A stretch of 64,000 bases of DNA from the human T2T-CHM13v2.0 reference genome, Homo sapiens (GCF_009914755.1 NC_060925.1); one strand, 5' to 3'; positions 1-14,724 are shown, numbered from the stretch's first letter. Made by a program: numbers and translations. Notes: generated by a model from the sequence alone, not told the origin.

Positions 1-19
1 CAGAAGGACTACAAAGAAG
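1..19 (+). CDS. 3' end of a probable coding exon (gene unidentified)
   Basis: Perfect donor AAG|GTGAGT (GT at 20-21). One frame reads CAG AAG GAC TAC AAA GAA G (QKDYKE). The exon continues outside the window. Confidence 0.55.
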
Positions 20-257
20 GTGAGTATCTTCATTTAGCAAAAGCTGTACCAAGGAGGTGAGCCACTGGAGTAGAAGCAGGGGTGAGGGAAAGGCATTCCG
101 GAGCTGGCGGGCAAGTCTGTCCCCAGGGCATCTTTGAGGAGCACCACGGAGACTGTCCTTGTCTGTGCTCAAGAAAAGCATAAGAGAAGGAGGAGATGGC
201 AAGAGGGGGCTGTAGAGTGGATGGGAACTGAGGGCGGGAAACTGTCTTTACCATCAG

Positions 258-324
258 CTTGTTTCAGGCCTTTGCAGACCAGCACGGCAGCATTGAAGAC
301 AGGATTGGTTCTACTCATTCCTGG
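258..324 (+). CDS. Candidate small internal exon (alternative acceptors at 258 and 268)
   Basis: tctttaccatcag| (AG 256-257) or ttgtttcag| (AG 266-267), with donor TGG|GTGAGA (GT 325-326). The 67-nt form joins the QKDYKE frame to the GC3-rich frame of the last exon. Confidence 0.4.
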
Positions 325-764
325 GTGAGACCAGATCTCACTCTAACCACTCTAACAAGTTTCAGCCATCCACACAGCAAGGTGTGGGAGACCCTAGTGC
401 CTCTCTGAATTACTCTTTCATCACAGGAAACTGCCTCCTAAAGAGCCCAGGGGCTGCACCCACACCGTGTCCACAAATCCCTTCTCCTTCTCTAAGGACA
501 CAGTAGGGGAAAGAGTTCAGCAAAATAAAATTCAGTGAAACAAAATGAGCCCTGAGTGGATCTCTCCACTCCTCTCACCACCCCTGCCAGCCTCACTCCT
601 GTTGGCTGTCACTGTCCTTCCCCTGGGAGCACAGCCCCTCCCACCAGCCCTCTCCTCCACGCCCGACTCCCTGTGTGTTGACACCATCACTGGGTTTTCT
701 GCTCCAACGGGTGCCTCTTTTGAAGGAAACCAACATGCAGATATTTCCCTTCTCATGTTCACAG

Positions 765-879
765 CTTCCGATTCCACATGCGCCACTTCCACAGGGTCCC
801 CCAGACCCTCGACCGTGAACTTCAGCAATCAGACCTCTCTGCCCTCTGTGCACCGGCCCTGTTTAAACGCGGTTCCTGA
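765..879 (+). CDS. Coding part of probable terminal exon (most likely frame FRFHMRHFHRVPQTLDRELQQSDLSALCAPALFKRGS*)
   Basis: Acceptor atttcccttctcatgttcacag| (AG 763-764) and a CpG-rich stretch. 15 of the first 16 codons from 766 end in G/C; TGA at 877-879. An alternative frame stops at 816-818. Confidence 0.5.
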
Positions 880-1174
880 GCCCTTGCTGCCATTTCACAA
901 CTGGAGACTTCCCTTCTCCCACACCCTCCATCGGTTCTGTTCACTGTCAACAACCCAGAAGCTTCCACTGGGAAACACGGTCTGCATACCCAGAGCACGA
1001 CAGTTATCTTGCTCCATGCCCCAGGGAGGGATGATTGATGGAAGCCAAGGCCTGTTTCTTCCAAAGAGCTCTGCACACAAACATAAGAAAAACCCAGTTG
1101 ACTCTACAAATACCAGCTCCAATTCTTTCATGTTGAGGCACACCTGTAGAGTGATCCACAGTGCTTTTCTTTGC

Positions 1175-1231
1175 AAAAAAAAAAAAAAAAAACAAAAAAC
1201 AAAAACAAACAAACAAACAAACAAAAAAAAC
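1175..1231 (+). repeat. poly-A/(CAAA)n microsatellite
   Basis: Directly visible. Confidence 0.95.
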
Positions 1232-1741
1232 TGGTAGTCCCCTGGAGCTAAGACTGAGCTGAGTGACTGGAATCACTCTGAGGCTGAGAAGGGCTAAGAA
1301 GGAGGCAGTGAGCTTTGGGCAGGCTCCTTGCATGGCCTTGCAGAAAGCAAGAGGACCTAGAAGGTGGGGAGGGAAAGTGGAGGCCAGAGGACAAGGCCCT
1401 GGGAAGGGGCATGTGTGAGAGGTTTTCAGGGAAGAGCTAGGAATGCGGCAGGTTGGGATTGGGCATGGGTGGGGACTGTTAGATTTAGGGATGCTACCCA
1501 AATGCCAGGGGGAGGAATCTGTTTCAACCCAGTGGCCAGTGGGTAGTTGGTGAAGATTTTGTACCTTTATAACTTAATTTCTGTTAGAAGTATTGCTCAG
1601 AATCACTATTTATGCTGTGTTTTCAAAGATTTACCACACTTATGACTATAATGATGTTACTTCTTGAGCCATTTTTCTTCCTTGGAGAAACACATACTCG
1701 ATTTCATAATGAAAATCAATGAGAAAGTACAAATTTGTGCA

Positions 1742-1747
1742 AATAAA
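1742..1747 (+). terminator. Polyadenylation signal AATAAA
   Basis: Canonical hexamer at the end of the AU-rich UTR-like region. Confidence 0.45.
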
Positions 1748-2589
1748 TTCAATGTACAGCTCAATATGCCTGGATGTTACCTCCACCGTATGAGATATGT
1801 CTGCACTGATTCATTGAACATAAACCCTGGGGAAGGGGGCTCTTCCAGGCCTATCCTGGCATCTTCGATTCCAACTCCAGCCTCTTGTCCCCAGCGAGCT
1901 TCCCCTAGCAGCCAGGACAGACAATTACCTTTTCAAAACTTGAATACTGTTAACAGCTCCCTTGTAACTTACCAACCCTCTCCTTGTCATTTTAGACTTC
2001 GCTATTCCAGTGATAAATAATCTGAATTTTTAAAATGGATTCTCAGAGGCTGTATTTTAATCTATATGCTTGTGCTTTAAATCAATAACCAATAACCAAT
2101 TTAAGCTCATTTAAGCCCTGTTAGCTGCCACATAATGTTGGTGTTCTGCTCGGCATCATAGCTAACAATTTATGTTAAAGGGTGCTCAGCTTATTTTTTT
2201 TGAAGTTCTACAGCTGTCTGCTGCGTGACTGGAGAGCTGATGACTTTGAGCTATAGCAGCATTCTCTCCAAGTTCATTTCGATACTGAAAACCAAAATGA
2301 ACTATTAAAACTCATTACCATTTTTATCTCTAATGGTGCAGATTCCATTTTCTATCATTTTATTCACATCTGAAAAGCAAATTGTATTTGCATAAGGAAG
2401 GGGGGATCTCTTGGATTTTTTTTTCATTCTTTTTCTAAAAAATTAAGAAAAAATATACATAATGGTTTCTAGGAGGGGGAAAAGTGCCATCCAAATACAT
2501 CTGTTAAGAAAATCAAAATTCCAGAAGCTTGATCTTAGGGACTAAACCTTTCTCTCCTCCCACCTCACCCTCAGCCCCAGCCAACATCC

Positions 2590-2939
2590 ATCTGCTGAAG
2601 TCCTAACCCCAAGGACCTCAGACTGTGGCTGTATTTGGAGACAGGGTCTTTGTAGAGGTAATCAAGTTTAAATGAGGTTATTAGTGTGGACCCAATCGGT
2701 GTCCTTCTAAGAAGAGGAGACTAGGGCACAGACAAACGCAGAGGCATGACCACGTGAGGACACAGTGAGAAGAAGGCTACATTCAAGCCCAAAAGAAAGG
2801 CAAGAAGCCGATTCTCCCTCACATCCCTCAGAAGGAACCAGCTCTGCCAGCATTTTGAACTGGGATTTCTGGGCTTCAGAACCATGAAACTATGAATTTC
2901 TCTGGTACTTTGTTAAAGGAACCCTAGCAAAGTAAGGCA
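2590..2939 (+). mobile_element. MLT1A/B-like MaLR solo LTR
   Basis: gaagtcctaacccc...gtatttggagacagggtcttt...gaggtaatcaag...cacgtgaggacacag...ccctagcaaa. Confidence 0.8.
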
Positions 2940-2999
2940 CTTGCAACATGAAGGAAATGACTGAAGTACTGAAGATTTGTTCATTGTAATAATAGCAGA

Positions 3000-3210
3000 T
3001 ATCATTTAACATTATTTTCTATTGCCAGAAAATGTTCTAAATGTGTTCAAATATTATCTCATTTAATCCTCAAAAATTTCCGTGAGGCGTTACTGTTATC
3101 CCCAGTTTTGCAGGTAAGGAAACTCATGGACAGGTTGCTGAGTCATTGGTTCAAGGCTGTCACATGAATGGAGAGAAACCAGGCCGTCTCTACTCCAGAG
3201 TTGGTGCTCT
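3000..3210 (-). mobile_element. MIR SINE
   Basis: Core reverse complement: ctcatttaatcctca...ccccagttttgcaggtaaggaaact. Confidence 0.75.
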
Positions 3211-4019
3211 GAACCATGCCGTGGCACATCACTCTGGAACCTTGGATTTTGCTGAGTGTGAAGTAAAATTGTGTGCAAGCAACAAGCCTGGCTTCATTAA
3301 GCCACCTTTACCTGGAATACTCTTTTTTGCTAACACCTTCCTTCCATAAATTTCACCCAAGCATAGCAAAGATGAGCTAACGAGAAGGAGAAACGCCCAC
3401 TATGTGTTGGCTATCTGCCTATCCACCACCCCCAGGATGGCCAACCACTGTTTCCAGAGATGTTACTCAGGCTTCCAGTCCCAGGTAGGAGAGCTCAGAA
3501 CTCACACAAAGCCCAGGGATCTGGGAAAGGAAGGGCCTTCAGGAACCAGGGACTCACATCATCAGAAACGAAGCGGGCAGTGGTCCAGGGTTCAAGGCCA
3601 GGATATCCCAGCCATCTGAGACAGACAGAAGCCTAGAAGACTTGAGTTCAGGGCCAGCATTCTTCATCCCCAGCCTCCATGGAACTTAATACTGAGTGTG
3701 GGTGGAGAAAGGGGAGCCACGGGCCCCTGAAAAACCTTGGCTCTAGGCTGGCATCACAGGAGGAAAGGGGAGCCAGCCTGGTCCTGGGTGGCATGAGTCA
3801 CTTGAGGAGCCCCACATTTCTCCTGCCACCCCACTGGGCCAAAAGGAGCTGCCTCTGCCTCCCCTTCTGCCATTTGCAGAGTCAAGGTGACCATTCCACC
3901 AGCTCTCGAATACCAGGCTTCTAAGGGCTTCCAGTTAATTTGTCAACACCTCCCAAGCACTTGCTGTGTCCCTGTCCTGTTCTCTGTGCTCCATCCCACT
4001 CCCTCTAAAGTCTGTTTAC

Positions 4020-4130
4020 ACCCTTGCAAGGTGAGCATTGCATTATGGTTCCTGTTTTAGAGATGAGGAAACTGAGGCCCAGGGAGTAAAATAATGTGCC
4101 CAGGGACACACAGCCAGTATTGAGACAAAG
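4020..4130 (-). mobile_element. MIR SINE
   Basis: ttttagagatgaggaaactgaggcccagggag...gtgcccagggacacacagc. Confidence 0.75.
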
Positions 4131-4596
4131 TACAAATCTCAGTTTGACCCAAACTGAAAATTACGAATCAGTTCTGATTGTAACTCCTGGGGCTAGTCCA
4201 GGAGAGTGAGGCACGCTGTCTTGTCCTGGGTGAGAGGTGTGGTTTCCTCTCCTGGTAAGATGCTATGTTTGAGATTTAATTCCCACATAGGGCCAGAGCC
4301 AAGGGGATGAAAACTGAGTAGAAAAGCATTTCTGATCAAAGGGACATTTTGAATCTCTATTTCATAACATCAGATAAGAGATTTTCAAGGACAAATACAA
4401 TTTTACGGATATTTCCTCAGATATGATTAAGAAAGAGACAGATTTCAGCACTCAGATTTCCTGGGGCTGGCATAGGCTGAAGACCAGGAAAACAAGACAC
4501 TGTATCTTAGCTCAAGTAATGAACCCACAGGGACACTGTTTCCCCATGCAGAAGGCAGACCAGTGATTTGTCACGCTATGCTCAGATGAGAATGTT

Positions 4597-5016
4597 TGAT
4601 ATGGTTTGGATCTGTGTCCCCGCCAAGTCTCATGTAGAATTGTAATCCCCAGTGTTGGAGGTAAAGCCTGGTGGGAAGTGATTGGATCATGGGGGTGGAT
4701 TTCTCATGAACGGTTTCTCACCATCCCCGCTTGGTACTGTCGTTGCAATAGTGAGTGAGTTCTCGTGAGATCTGTTCATTTGAAAGTGTGTGGCACCTCC
4801 CCCCTCTCTCTCTGGCTCCTGCTTTGGCCACATAAGACATGCCTGCTTCCCTTTCTGCCATGATTATAATTTTCCTGAGACTTCCCCAGAAGCCAAGCAG
4901 ATGCTAGCATCATGCTTCCTGTACAGCCTGCAGAACTATGATCCAATTAAAGCTTTTTTCTTTGTAAATTACTCAATATCAGGTATTTCTTTATAGCAAT
5001 GCAAGAACAGCCTCTT
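4597..5016 (+). mobile_element. MSTA-like MaLR solo LTR
   Basis: tgatatggtttggatctgtgtcccc...gaagccaagcagatgc...cagcctgcagaac...caggtatttctttatagc. Confidence 0.9.
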
Positions 5017-5049
5017 CCAATGTTCTTAATAAAATTAAGAAGCTGCAGC

Positions 5050-5240
5050 TATTAAGCACTTAGCATGTGTCAGATACACTGACACAAACAACATTACTGT
5101 GGTGCAGATTCATTTGTTCCATTTTACAGAGGAGGCAACTGAGAGGTAGAGATTAGAGCGTTTGCCCCTAAGTGTGTGGCTGGGGAGAAGCAGAGCTAGG
5201 ATGTGAATGCGTGTCTCTCCCTACAGAGTCTACAGACCTT
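5050..5240 (-). mobile_element. MIR SINE
   Basis: ccattttacagaggaggcaactgag...tttgcccctaag. Confidence 0.65.
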
Positions 5241-6484
5241 TGGGCTATTCTGCCTCCTTCACCAACTATAAGAAGAGTGCAGAGCCGAAATAAGAGGAAA
5301 CCATGGAAATACAGAGACACTATATTCTCTACAGAGGTGGAAAGTCTTCATCCCACTCCCCTCTGCCACAGTAGCAGGTGTTCACTTAGAGTTTAGGTCT
5401 CCAGCTTCCCTTGTGGCCAAAAAGGGCCAAGTGTGCATGACATGGGCTCAGATTCCAAGCATGTTTTCAAGGAAGCACAGCTCTCTGGTCTTTTCTTTCT
5501 TTCTTCCAGCTGAAATGGAAGCATCTAAAATGGTGGCTTGAGCAGCCCTGGAGGACCACAGCATCTGAGTGACAACTGGAGAGATGCCCAGCAACAGAAG
5601 GGAGGTTTGGGTTCCCCACTTTTCACCCAGCACCAAGTGGGAGAGGAAAAAATGAATTGTTATTTAGGCCAGTATTGTTCAGGCATCTCTTGTTTCCAGA
5701 AGTCAAGTCAGTATCAAATGCATCAACAAAGACATCTGAGACACCTCGATAACTTCCTTTTTCCATTTTTGAAAGTTGTGAGGCTCTCATACGCATGTAT
5801 AAAATAGGGTGCCACTTTCCAAAGTGTAAGAGGATTTGGAGCAGAAAATGGTTTCCTAAGTTTGTCTCTTGAACCAGTCAATAAATCTGACAGCTGTCCC
5901 TGAATTATAGCTAAAATGTTGGATCTGCAGAGCACAGCATCATTCCTCAGAAGGAACGCACATGTCTCCTGGAAGCCCAAGGCTCGAAACTTTTCTCCGT
6001 GGGTTTTTGGTTGTGAATCAGACTTGCTCTTTCCGTCATAAACTGCAATGATGAGGCTATAAGAGAAGTAGGAGGAAAGTGTTTTGTTAGAACAAACAGG
6101 GAGGGAGAGAGCTTGAACAAAGAGAAGGAATCACTCCCCAAAGAGGCAAACTCAGTGAGCGGAATTGATGGAGACGATTGAAGAAGCCAGGGGTTATGAT
6201 AATTGCAAAATGTCTTGTAGTTGTTTCCATAACAAACAATTTTGCCAGAGAGGGCTCAGAGGCACTGTGCAGCTTGGAGGAATCAACTCAAGGAGTCTGA
6301 GAGCCTTGGAAACTGCCATCCTTCTTTCAATGCCGGAGTGCATGCTGGGAGGGATCAAAATGGAGCGGACACTGGAAGAAAACTGATCCAAATCCCATTC
6401 AGGCAATCCCAGGGGACGACTCTGTTTTCAAGGCTAGCTCAGAAATTTTCAGGAGAAAGGCGTTCACTTGCTGTCAAAGGGTAG

Positions 6485-6810
<326 letters not shown>

Positions 6811-6939
6811 TGTGTTTCAGTGTTTCTACCGCAACCCAGGCAAAGGTAAAGACCACATAAGTCATAGAGAAGATGGAGGCATATGAGATCTGCTGGACAA
6901 TGAACTTCAGCAGGAGCATAAACCAAAATAGACTCAGGG

Positions 6940-8125
6940 AGGAATGTTCTGGAAACTTTTGCACCTGTTCACTGGGAGACATGTATGAACATATTTTGTG
7001 TAACGTTTTTGCTTTTAGCAACAAATGAGAACACTACAAATAAGCAATTCCAAGAGAAAGGATACAGAAGTGTGTTGTATTTACACTGTGGAATATTAAA
7101 CAGCTGGGGAAATGGAAGAATTGCAGATACACAAATTAGCAGGCATGATTTATGCTGAAACAAAAAAGAAGGTAATTTACAGAAGGATACATACAGTCCA
7201 TTCTTGAAAAATATTCATTTATTGAGGGCCTACTGTGTGCTAGGCACTCTTCTAAGCACCGAGGATGTCGTAGTGAACACAGTAGACACATACATACTCT
7301 TTGCCCTTATAGAGCTTACATTCTCATGGGAATAACACAGACATAACTAAATAGGTAGTCTAATGAGGATACGTGTTCTGTAGGCACAAGGGAGGAAGGC
7401 AGACAGGAAAGGGCAACACTTAAACTTCAGTCCCGAAGTCCTCATGGAGAAGGCAACACGGCACCAAGACGTGCAAAGGGGAGAGAGTGGAATATGTGCC
7501 TGTCAGGGAGGTGCGAGTGTGAAGGCCCTGGGGTGGAAGCATGCAGGGAATGCTGTGACAACACCAAGGGCCAGCAGGTAGATGCAGAGTGAGTGAGGCA
7601 GAAAGAAGCAGAAGCTGAAGTCTGGAGATGAAGACCTGGACACTTAGAGGATGGAGGAGGAGGACAGATCTTAGAGAGCTGCACCAGCAAGAAACGTGGC
7701 TTTGACTCCATGATGGGAGGGTTTTCAGCAAAAGAGAGGGCATGGGCAGAAGATGAGAAACCGTGGAAATTTATTGTGATTAACCAGGAGAGAGATGACG
7801 GTGGTTTGGCTCAACATGAGCACCTTACCTGGTGGAACGATAATTGGTTCAAAACGTGCAAAACTACACACATATTGCTTATGGACACATGGATATTTAG
7901 TAATCCTCTAAAGAAATTAATGGATGAATAAAAGCCTGGGAAGCAGTTTATCTAGGGGGTGGTGGTAGGGGAAGAGGAAGTTAATAAGAAAGAGACATAC
8001 TTGAGGACACCCATGGCCTGGGGACCATCTTACTTTGGCATGCAGGAATTTCTTTCAATATTCTTTACTTGTCATGTATGTTGTATACAGTCTTTTGTGC
8101 ATGTGATATTCACAATTAAAAATGA
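6940..8125 (+). mobile_element. Old L1ME-like 3' end interrupted by an L2
   Basis: tacactgtggaatattaaacagc...cagaaggatacatacag; resumes at ~7850 and ends tattcacaattaaaaa. Confidence 0.55.
7213..7812 (-). mobile_element. L2 LINE 3' region
   Basis: attcatttattgagggcctactgtgtgctaggcact...gagcttacattct...ccaggagagagatgacggtggtttgg. Confidence 0.75.
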
Positions 8126-8273
8126 CTGCCATTAGTTGAAATCTCTACAGTCTCTTTCAACACAGAAACTGTGTCTTTCTCGTCTTTCTTTCTAAATTAT
8201 GAATATGTGAATTCATTTATAATCTTGGTCATAAAACCAAGGAGCCAGGAATTAGAAAAATGCAATAAAGTTA

Positions 8274-9041
<768 letters not shown>

Positions 9042-9147
9042 CATGGGAACACAAAGGAGTGACCTGTTTGCTCCTGGTGTCTTGGAGAATCCTGGGGAGG
9101 AACACAGCCACTGCTACTCTGATTTTCAAAGGGAAGGGGAGATGGGC

Positions 9148-9509
9148 TTGCATTTGTCTGTTGGAACTACTATAATAAAATAACATATCCTGAGTGGCTT
9201 ATACACAATAGAAATTTATTACTCATCATTTTGGGGACTGGAAAGTCCAAGATCAGGGGGCTGACCGATAAAGTGTCTGATGAGGGTCCATTCTTCATAG
9301 AGGGCACCTTCTAGCTACATCCTCACTTCCTCACTTTGTGGAGGGGGCGAACATGCTCCCTCAGACCTCTTTTCTAAGGATGCTAATCCCATTCATAAAG
9401 GCTCCACCCCATGACCTCGTCACCTCCCAAAGGCCCTACCTCCTAGTACCTTGGAAATTAGAATTTGACATGTGAATTTTGGGGGGACGTAAGCATTCAT
9501 ATCATAGCA
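9148..9509 (-). mobile_element. MLT1A-like MaLR solo LTR
   Basis: gtggcttatacacaatagaaatttatt...aagtccaagatc...ggctccacccc atgacct...cattcatatcatagca. Confidence 0.85.
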
Positions 9510-10644
9510 GGTCCTGTCAAAAAATAGATCTGGCAAGAAACACTTAAGGATAACCAAGAAACAGGATTCAACCAGATTAAAACACCAAAGAAGGCACTCT
9601 GCATTTTGTTAACATTTTTAAAACCCCTTCAATGCCTTTTTGGAGGCTAACATAAAGGATTGGAAAATGAAAAAAGAGATAAGGCTGTCATATATATCAA
9701 TATAAATATATAGATAAGATACATTATCGATGTTGTATGTAATCTACACCATAGTCTTAACTCTGTGTCTGGGGTAAAAAAAAACAAAAAACAAACAATC
9801 AAACAAACCTGTGCCTCAAAGCACGCATATGCTGATTGTCAGGATGGAATGCCAGCACAAAGACATGTTTTGCAGGGTTTGAAATTCTTCTGGCCCTGAT
9901 TGTTATTTCAAGATGTGGATATGCTCCTGGCTCTTTTATAATTTAAGCCAGTAAGTGATGACTCCTCTTGATCCCAACTCCCCTCTGAGCTGGAAAAGGG
10001 GGTTGCGATAAATATTATTCGATAAAAGCTGTCAACTTTTAATAAAAACGGATGTCACAAACTTTTAAGTGTTTTCATTTCTGGGTCCCTGGGATTTGTT
10101 CCAGTTTCATAATACTGTCAACTCCAAACTGAAATTACCCTTATGTAAGATAAAGCGAGGTGTTTGGAGACTACTGAGGAACAGCTTTGTTTAGGCATTT
10201 TACCCCACAGCAAAGAACTGCTTGTTCAGGGAAATTTTGCAAGATGAAGTTGTGGTCCACAAAATCTTTTCAAAAAATTGATTCCAATCAGGGGCATCTT
10301 TTGCCTTTATTTTGCATTATTAGGGAGGATTTTCTGAACAAACACCTCCCAAGTATTTATTAATGAAACACCATGAGTTTCACAAAATTTCGCTTTCCCT
10401 GGTCCTAATCTAGCCCCTGCTTTATTCCCCCACTTCTTAACATGCTAAAGATAATCTCAGTAAGTAAGTAACCCGTGGTTTGGAAACTTTCACTTCCCGC
10501 AGATCAGCTGGGACTAAGCCCACACAAGGAGCTGAAGACACATCTTGTAAGAGTCTTGTTTTACTTCTGCATGGTTTCATACTCACGGGATGTGCTCTAC
10601 CTGAGGGTCCCCAGCTGCTGAAGGCAGAGGAATCGCGAGTCAGG

Positions 10645-10850
10645 CAATGTGGATTTGAATGTTGAATAAAGAGTATCCTACCTGGGAGGCTTTGCACCAG
10701 TCATGTACCCTGACTGAGCCCCCATCTTCTCACCTGTAAATAGCAATATCGTGATGGGGTCTCCACCGGGGCACGATGGAAATGAGCAGAGGCATTCTAA
10801 TGAACTCATGAGGGGCCTGGTATGGAGTCACTGTCTACAGGACCTGGCCC
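10645..10850 (+). mobile_element. MIR SINE (degenerate)
   Basis: ggatttgaat...ctgagccccca tcttctcacctgtaaaatagcaata. Confidence 0.55.
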
Positions 10851-11353
10851 AGGGAGTGGACACTAGACACAAACACTGTTACCGTGGCTGCTGAGCGACC
10901 ATGCTTCCCTGAGCAGACAGGCTTGGAAGGGGAAGGCACAGCAATCAGCCGACCTTGCAGAAACTCAGGCTTCCTCCAACCTTCTGTTTCTGAACAGCTC
11001 ACCTCTCCCTCCTCCAAAATTTTTTTTAATAATAGGAAGACATGTTCTTAATTTTTCTTTCAGTCAAGGAGATATGGCTATGGGGTCTTCTGGAATCTTG
11101 CCTTGGGGATGCTCATTCTCCTGGCAGAAATTAATCCCTTCTTCTCTTTCCTCTTTTTAAATAAAATGAAAGAGCTTTCTTTATGTGATCTCTCTGAATC
11201 ATTTCATTTTAAAGATTTTTAAAAAAATTCTGTGTTTCTAATATGCATATTTACAATTATTTCATCCATTTCTACATACAAATATATATGTCCACGTATT
11301 ATATATATTTTTAAATAAATAGTGTCTTATCTTCCCCATTGTTTTTAATCTGA

Positions 11354-11691
<338 letters not shown>

Positions 11692-11802
11692 AAGTTTTTT
11701 TTTCTTTTAAAGTTTTTCTCCATACCAATCACCCTTCTGAACAGATAACTGATATCTGTAACTTGAAGTGCACCAGTTCATGCCTTTTTCTATGCTCATG
11801 AG

Positions 11803-12237
11803 TGTCACAGGTGTGACTATCTGGGGCTGGTGCTGCACGGGCAGTTGAAAGAATCTACCAAGATAGTTGTATGTAAAGAAAGGCAGATTTATTAGAGAAA
11901 GTAGGAAAATACATTGCAAGAAAGCAACGGGCAAGTCAGCAAGAGAGGAGCTGACTGCGAAGAGACAAAGGATTTTATAGGATGGTGTTTGTGCTGTGTG
12001 CTGAAGACGGCTTTATGCAGTACTGGTAACACCTAAGTTGCAGTGAGGTAACCTGCATTTTTCTATCAGCTGAGGGTCTGGTGATAGCCAGGCGCAGGAA
12101 GGTTATGAGTTATTAGCGCAGGAGGGCTATGTGTCCTGGACCATGAAGAAAGGCTGACTTAGAGCTTATCTGCTTTCTCTTTTTGCTTTCCCCTGATCTG
12201 GCCAGCCTGACTCCTTTTGCTTTATTAGGACTCCACA
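11803..12237 (-). mobile_element. ERV solo LTR (LTR47-like, tentative)
   Basis: TG...CA termini (tgtcaca...ctccaca), perfect 5-bp TSD atgag (11798-11802 / 12238-12242), and tttatt (minus-strand AATAAA). Confidence 0.85.
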
Positions 12238-12265
12238 ATGAGGTCATACGTGTGCGTTTATGCAA

Positions 12266-12291
12266 ACACACACACACACACACACACACAA
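12266..12291. repeat. (CA)n microsatellite
   Basis: Directly visible. Confidence 0.95.
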
Positions 12292-12294
12292 AGT

Positions 12295-12500
12295 CATAGC
12301 TAACTCTTACAGAGTATTTTCTATGCCTGGCACTATTCTAAGTAGATGCCTTTTTAATCCTCACATAACACCTTAATGTAGCTGCCGATATTATTCTCAT
12401 TTCTACACGAGAAGAACTGAGGGTACAGAGAAGTTAGGAATTTCACTGAAGTCAGAGTTAGTAAGAGTCACACCCACAAGGACACTGCAGCTCCGGAGCC
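12295..12500 (-). mobile_element. MIR SINE
   Basis: tttaatcctcacataacac...ctcatttctacacgagaagaactgaggg. Confidence 0.7.
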
Positions 12501-13046
12501 TGTGCTTCGGAGGAGTTTCTTGATCACTATTTATTTGCAAGTTAAGATCACAGGATGTGCATTTTTCCAAATCTTGCTTTTTACATATCACAATACATCA
12601 CAAAAATTCATCTAATTCAATGGATTCTTTTTAAAGTCTGCCTGGTATTCTACACCTCAATATTTCACACTAGGATTCACTTCTCTATTGCCAAGCATCT
12701 CCTTGGTTTTAAGATTTCTTCTCCTAAAACAAAGCTGCTGGAAAAGCAAACAAACAAAAAATGTGGTTCATAGCTTTAGCTAATGGTGCTTTCATTTCTA
12801 CCAGAAAAAATTTCTTTAAAAAATATAAATGACACCAAGACTGGCCCCAGAAGTAGAAGACAACTTGAATGGACCAATTGAGAAAGGAAAGATCAGAAAG
12901 ATGATCAAAGAAGTACTATTTGTAAAAGAACCATGACTAGATAAGTTCACAGTTAAGTTCTATCTAATATGTATGATAATTCCAAGATAACTTAAGCTTT
13001 TAAAGGCATGCAGAAATGTGGGAAATTATCATGTTAGAACATCTGG

Positions 13047-13150
13047 CTTGGGCGGAGGTTGCAGTGAGCTGAGATGACACCACTGCACTCCAGCCTGGGT
13101 GACAGAGTGAGACCCTGTCTCAAAAATAAATAAATAAAATAAAATAAAAA
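13047..13150 (+). mobile_element. 5'-truncated Alu (end of right arm only)
   Basis: ggcggaggttgcagtgagc...ctcaaaaataaa; TSD tagaacatctgg at 13035-13046 and 13151-13162. Confidence 0.9.
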
Positions 13151-13457
13151 TAGAACATCTGGGCTACCTCCAACCCCTGTGGTGCCTTTATGCAAATTGA
13201 AAGGTGTGTCCCTCTGGGAGGAGGCAGCCCTTCCAATGATGCTTGGAAAAGAAGTACTCTTCCCTATACACAGATGGAGACATCGTCCTGACCCTCTTTC
13301 ACCTCAGTGCACACTGTAGTGGCCATGAAGGATCTCAGCCCCACCTGCCCCTCACCAGGCAGCCTTCCTTGTGCATTTCAGAAAGTGCATCGCTCCACCA
13401 GATGGCTCATTTGAACTCTGAAACCAGGTACTGAATGTAATACAAAGAAGAACACTT

Positions 13458-13742
13458 GGCCAGGTATAGTGGCTCACACCTGTAATCCCAGCACTTTGGG
13501 AGGCTGAGGCGGTGGATGGCTTGAGCCCAGGAGTTTGAGACCAGCCTGGACAACATGGAAAAACACTGTCTCTGCAAAAAAAAAAAAAAAAAAAATTAGC
13601 CTATGGTTCCAGCTACTCAAGAGGCTGAAGTGGGAGAACCACCTGAGGCCAGGAGATCAAGGCAGCAGTGAGCCATGACTGTGCCACTGTGCTCCAGCCT
13701 GGGAGACAGAGCAAGATCCTGTCTTTAAAAAAAAAAAAAAAA
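13458..13742 (+). mobile_element. AluJ
   Basis: ggccagg...ttgagcccaggagtttgagacc...aggcagcagtgagccatga; short deletion after the middle A tract. Confidence 0.92.
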
Positions 13743-14174
13743 GAAAGACATTTATAGACCAGCCTCATTGATCAATGTAGATGTGACACTTCTAAACAAT
13801 ATATTACCAAATTCATATCTAGAAGTATAGGGGGAAAATAAAACTCTATAACCAAGAACAGTTTATCCCAAAATTGAAACATGGTTAATTTTTTTGGAAA
13901 TTCACCACCATAATTTTAACTCAACACATGAAAGGAAAGAAGATGTGAAAATATGCTAAGAAAACATTTGACAAAGCTTAGCAATCATTCATAATAAAAA
14001 TTATAACTAAAACATAAATAGAAGAAACTGTTAATAAGATAAATATTATTTATGCAAAACAAGGATCAAGCATCATTCTGAAGGGTAGATAACTGAAAGA
14101 CTATCCATTATAATCAGGAATCAGACAGGAGACTTGCTGTCAACGTTATCATCCACCATACTTTTAAAGTTTCA

Positions 14175-14579
<405 letters not shown>

Positions 14580-14724
14580 TTATGACTGTATACTTAGATA
14601 ACCCAAAAGACTCCAGAAAATAAAACAACACTACTATTACTAAGGAATTATATTAGGTACAGAGATAAAATGTAAATAAATAAAAATTAGTAGTTATTCC
14701 TTGTCTTATAAATAATTACAATGA

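Larger units (their letters stand above)
880..1770 (+). other. Probable 3' UTR
   Basis: Non-repetitive sequence with an A/(CAAA)n tract and AU-rich elements (TGTA, TATTTAT at ~1560-1660), ending near AATAAA. Confidence 0.45.

Noticed and set aside
545-1237. 230-aa ORF as a stand-alone gene
   Set aside because: It crosses an apparent intron/exon boundary, ends inside an A/(CAAA)n microsatellite, and codon bias favours another frame.
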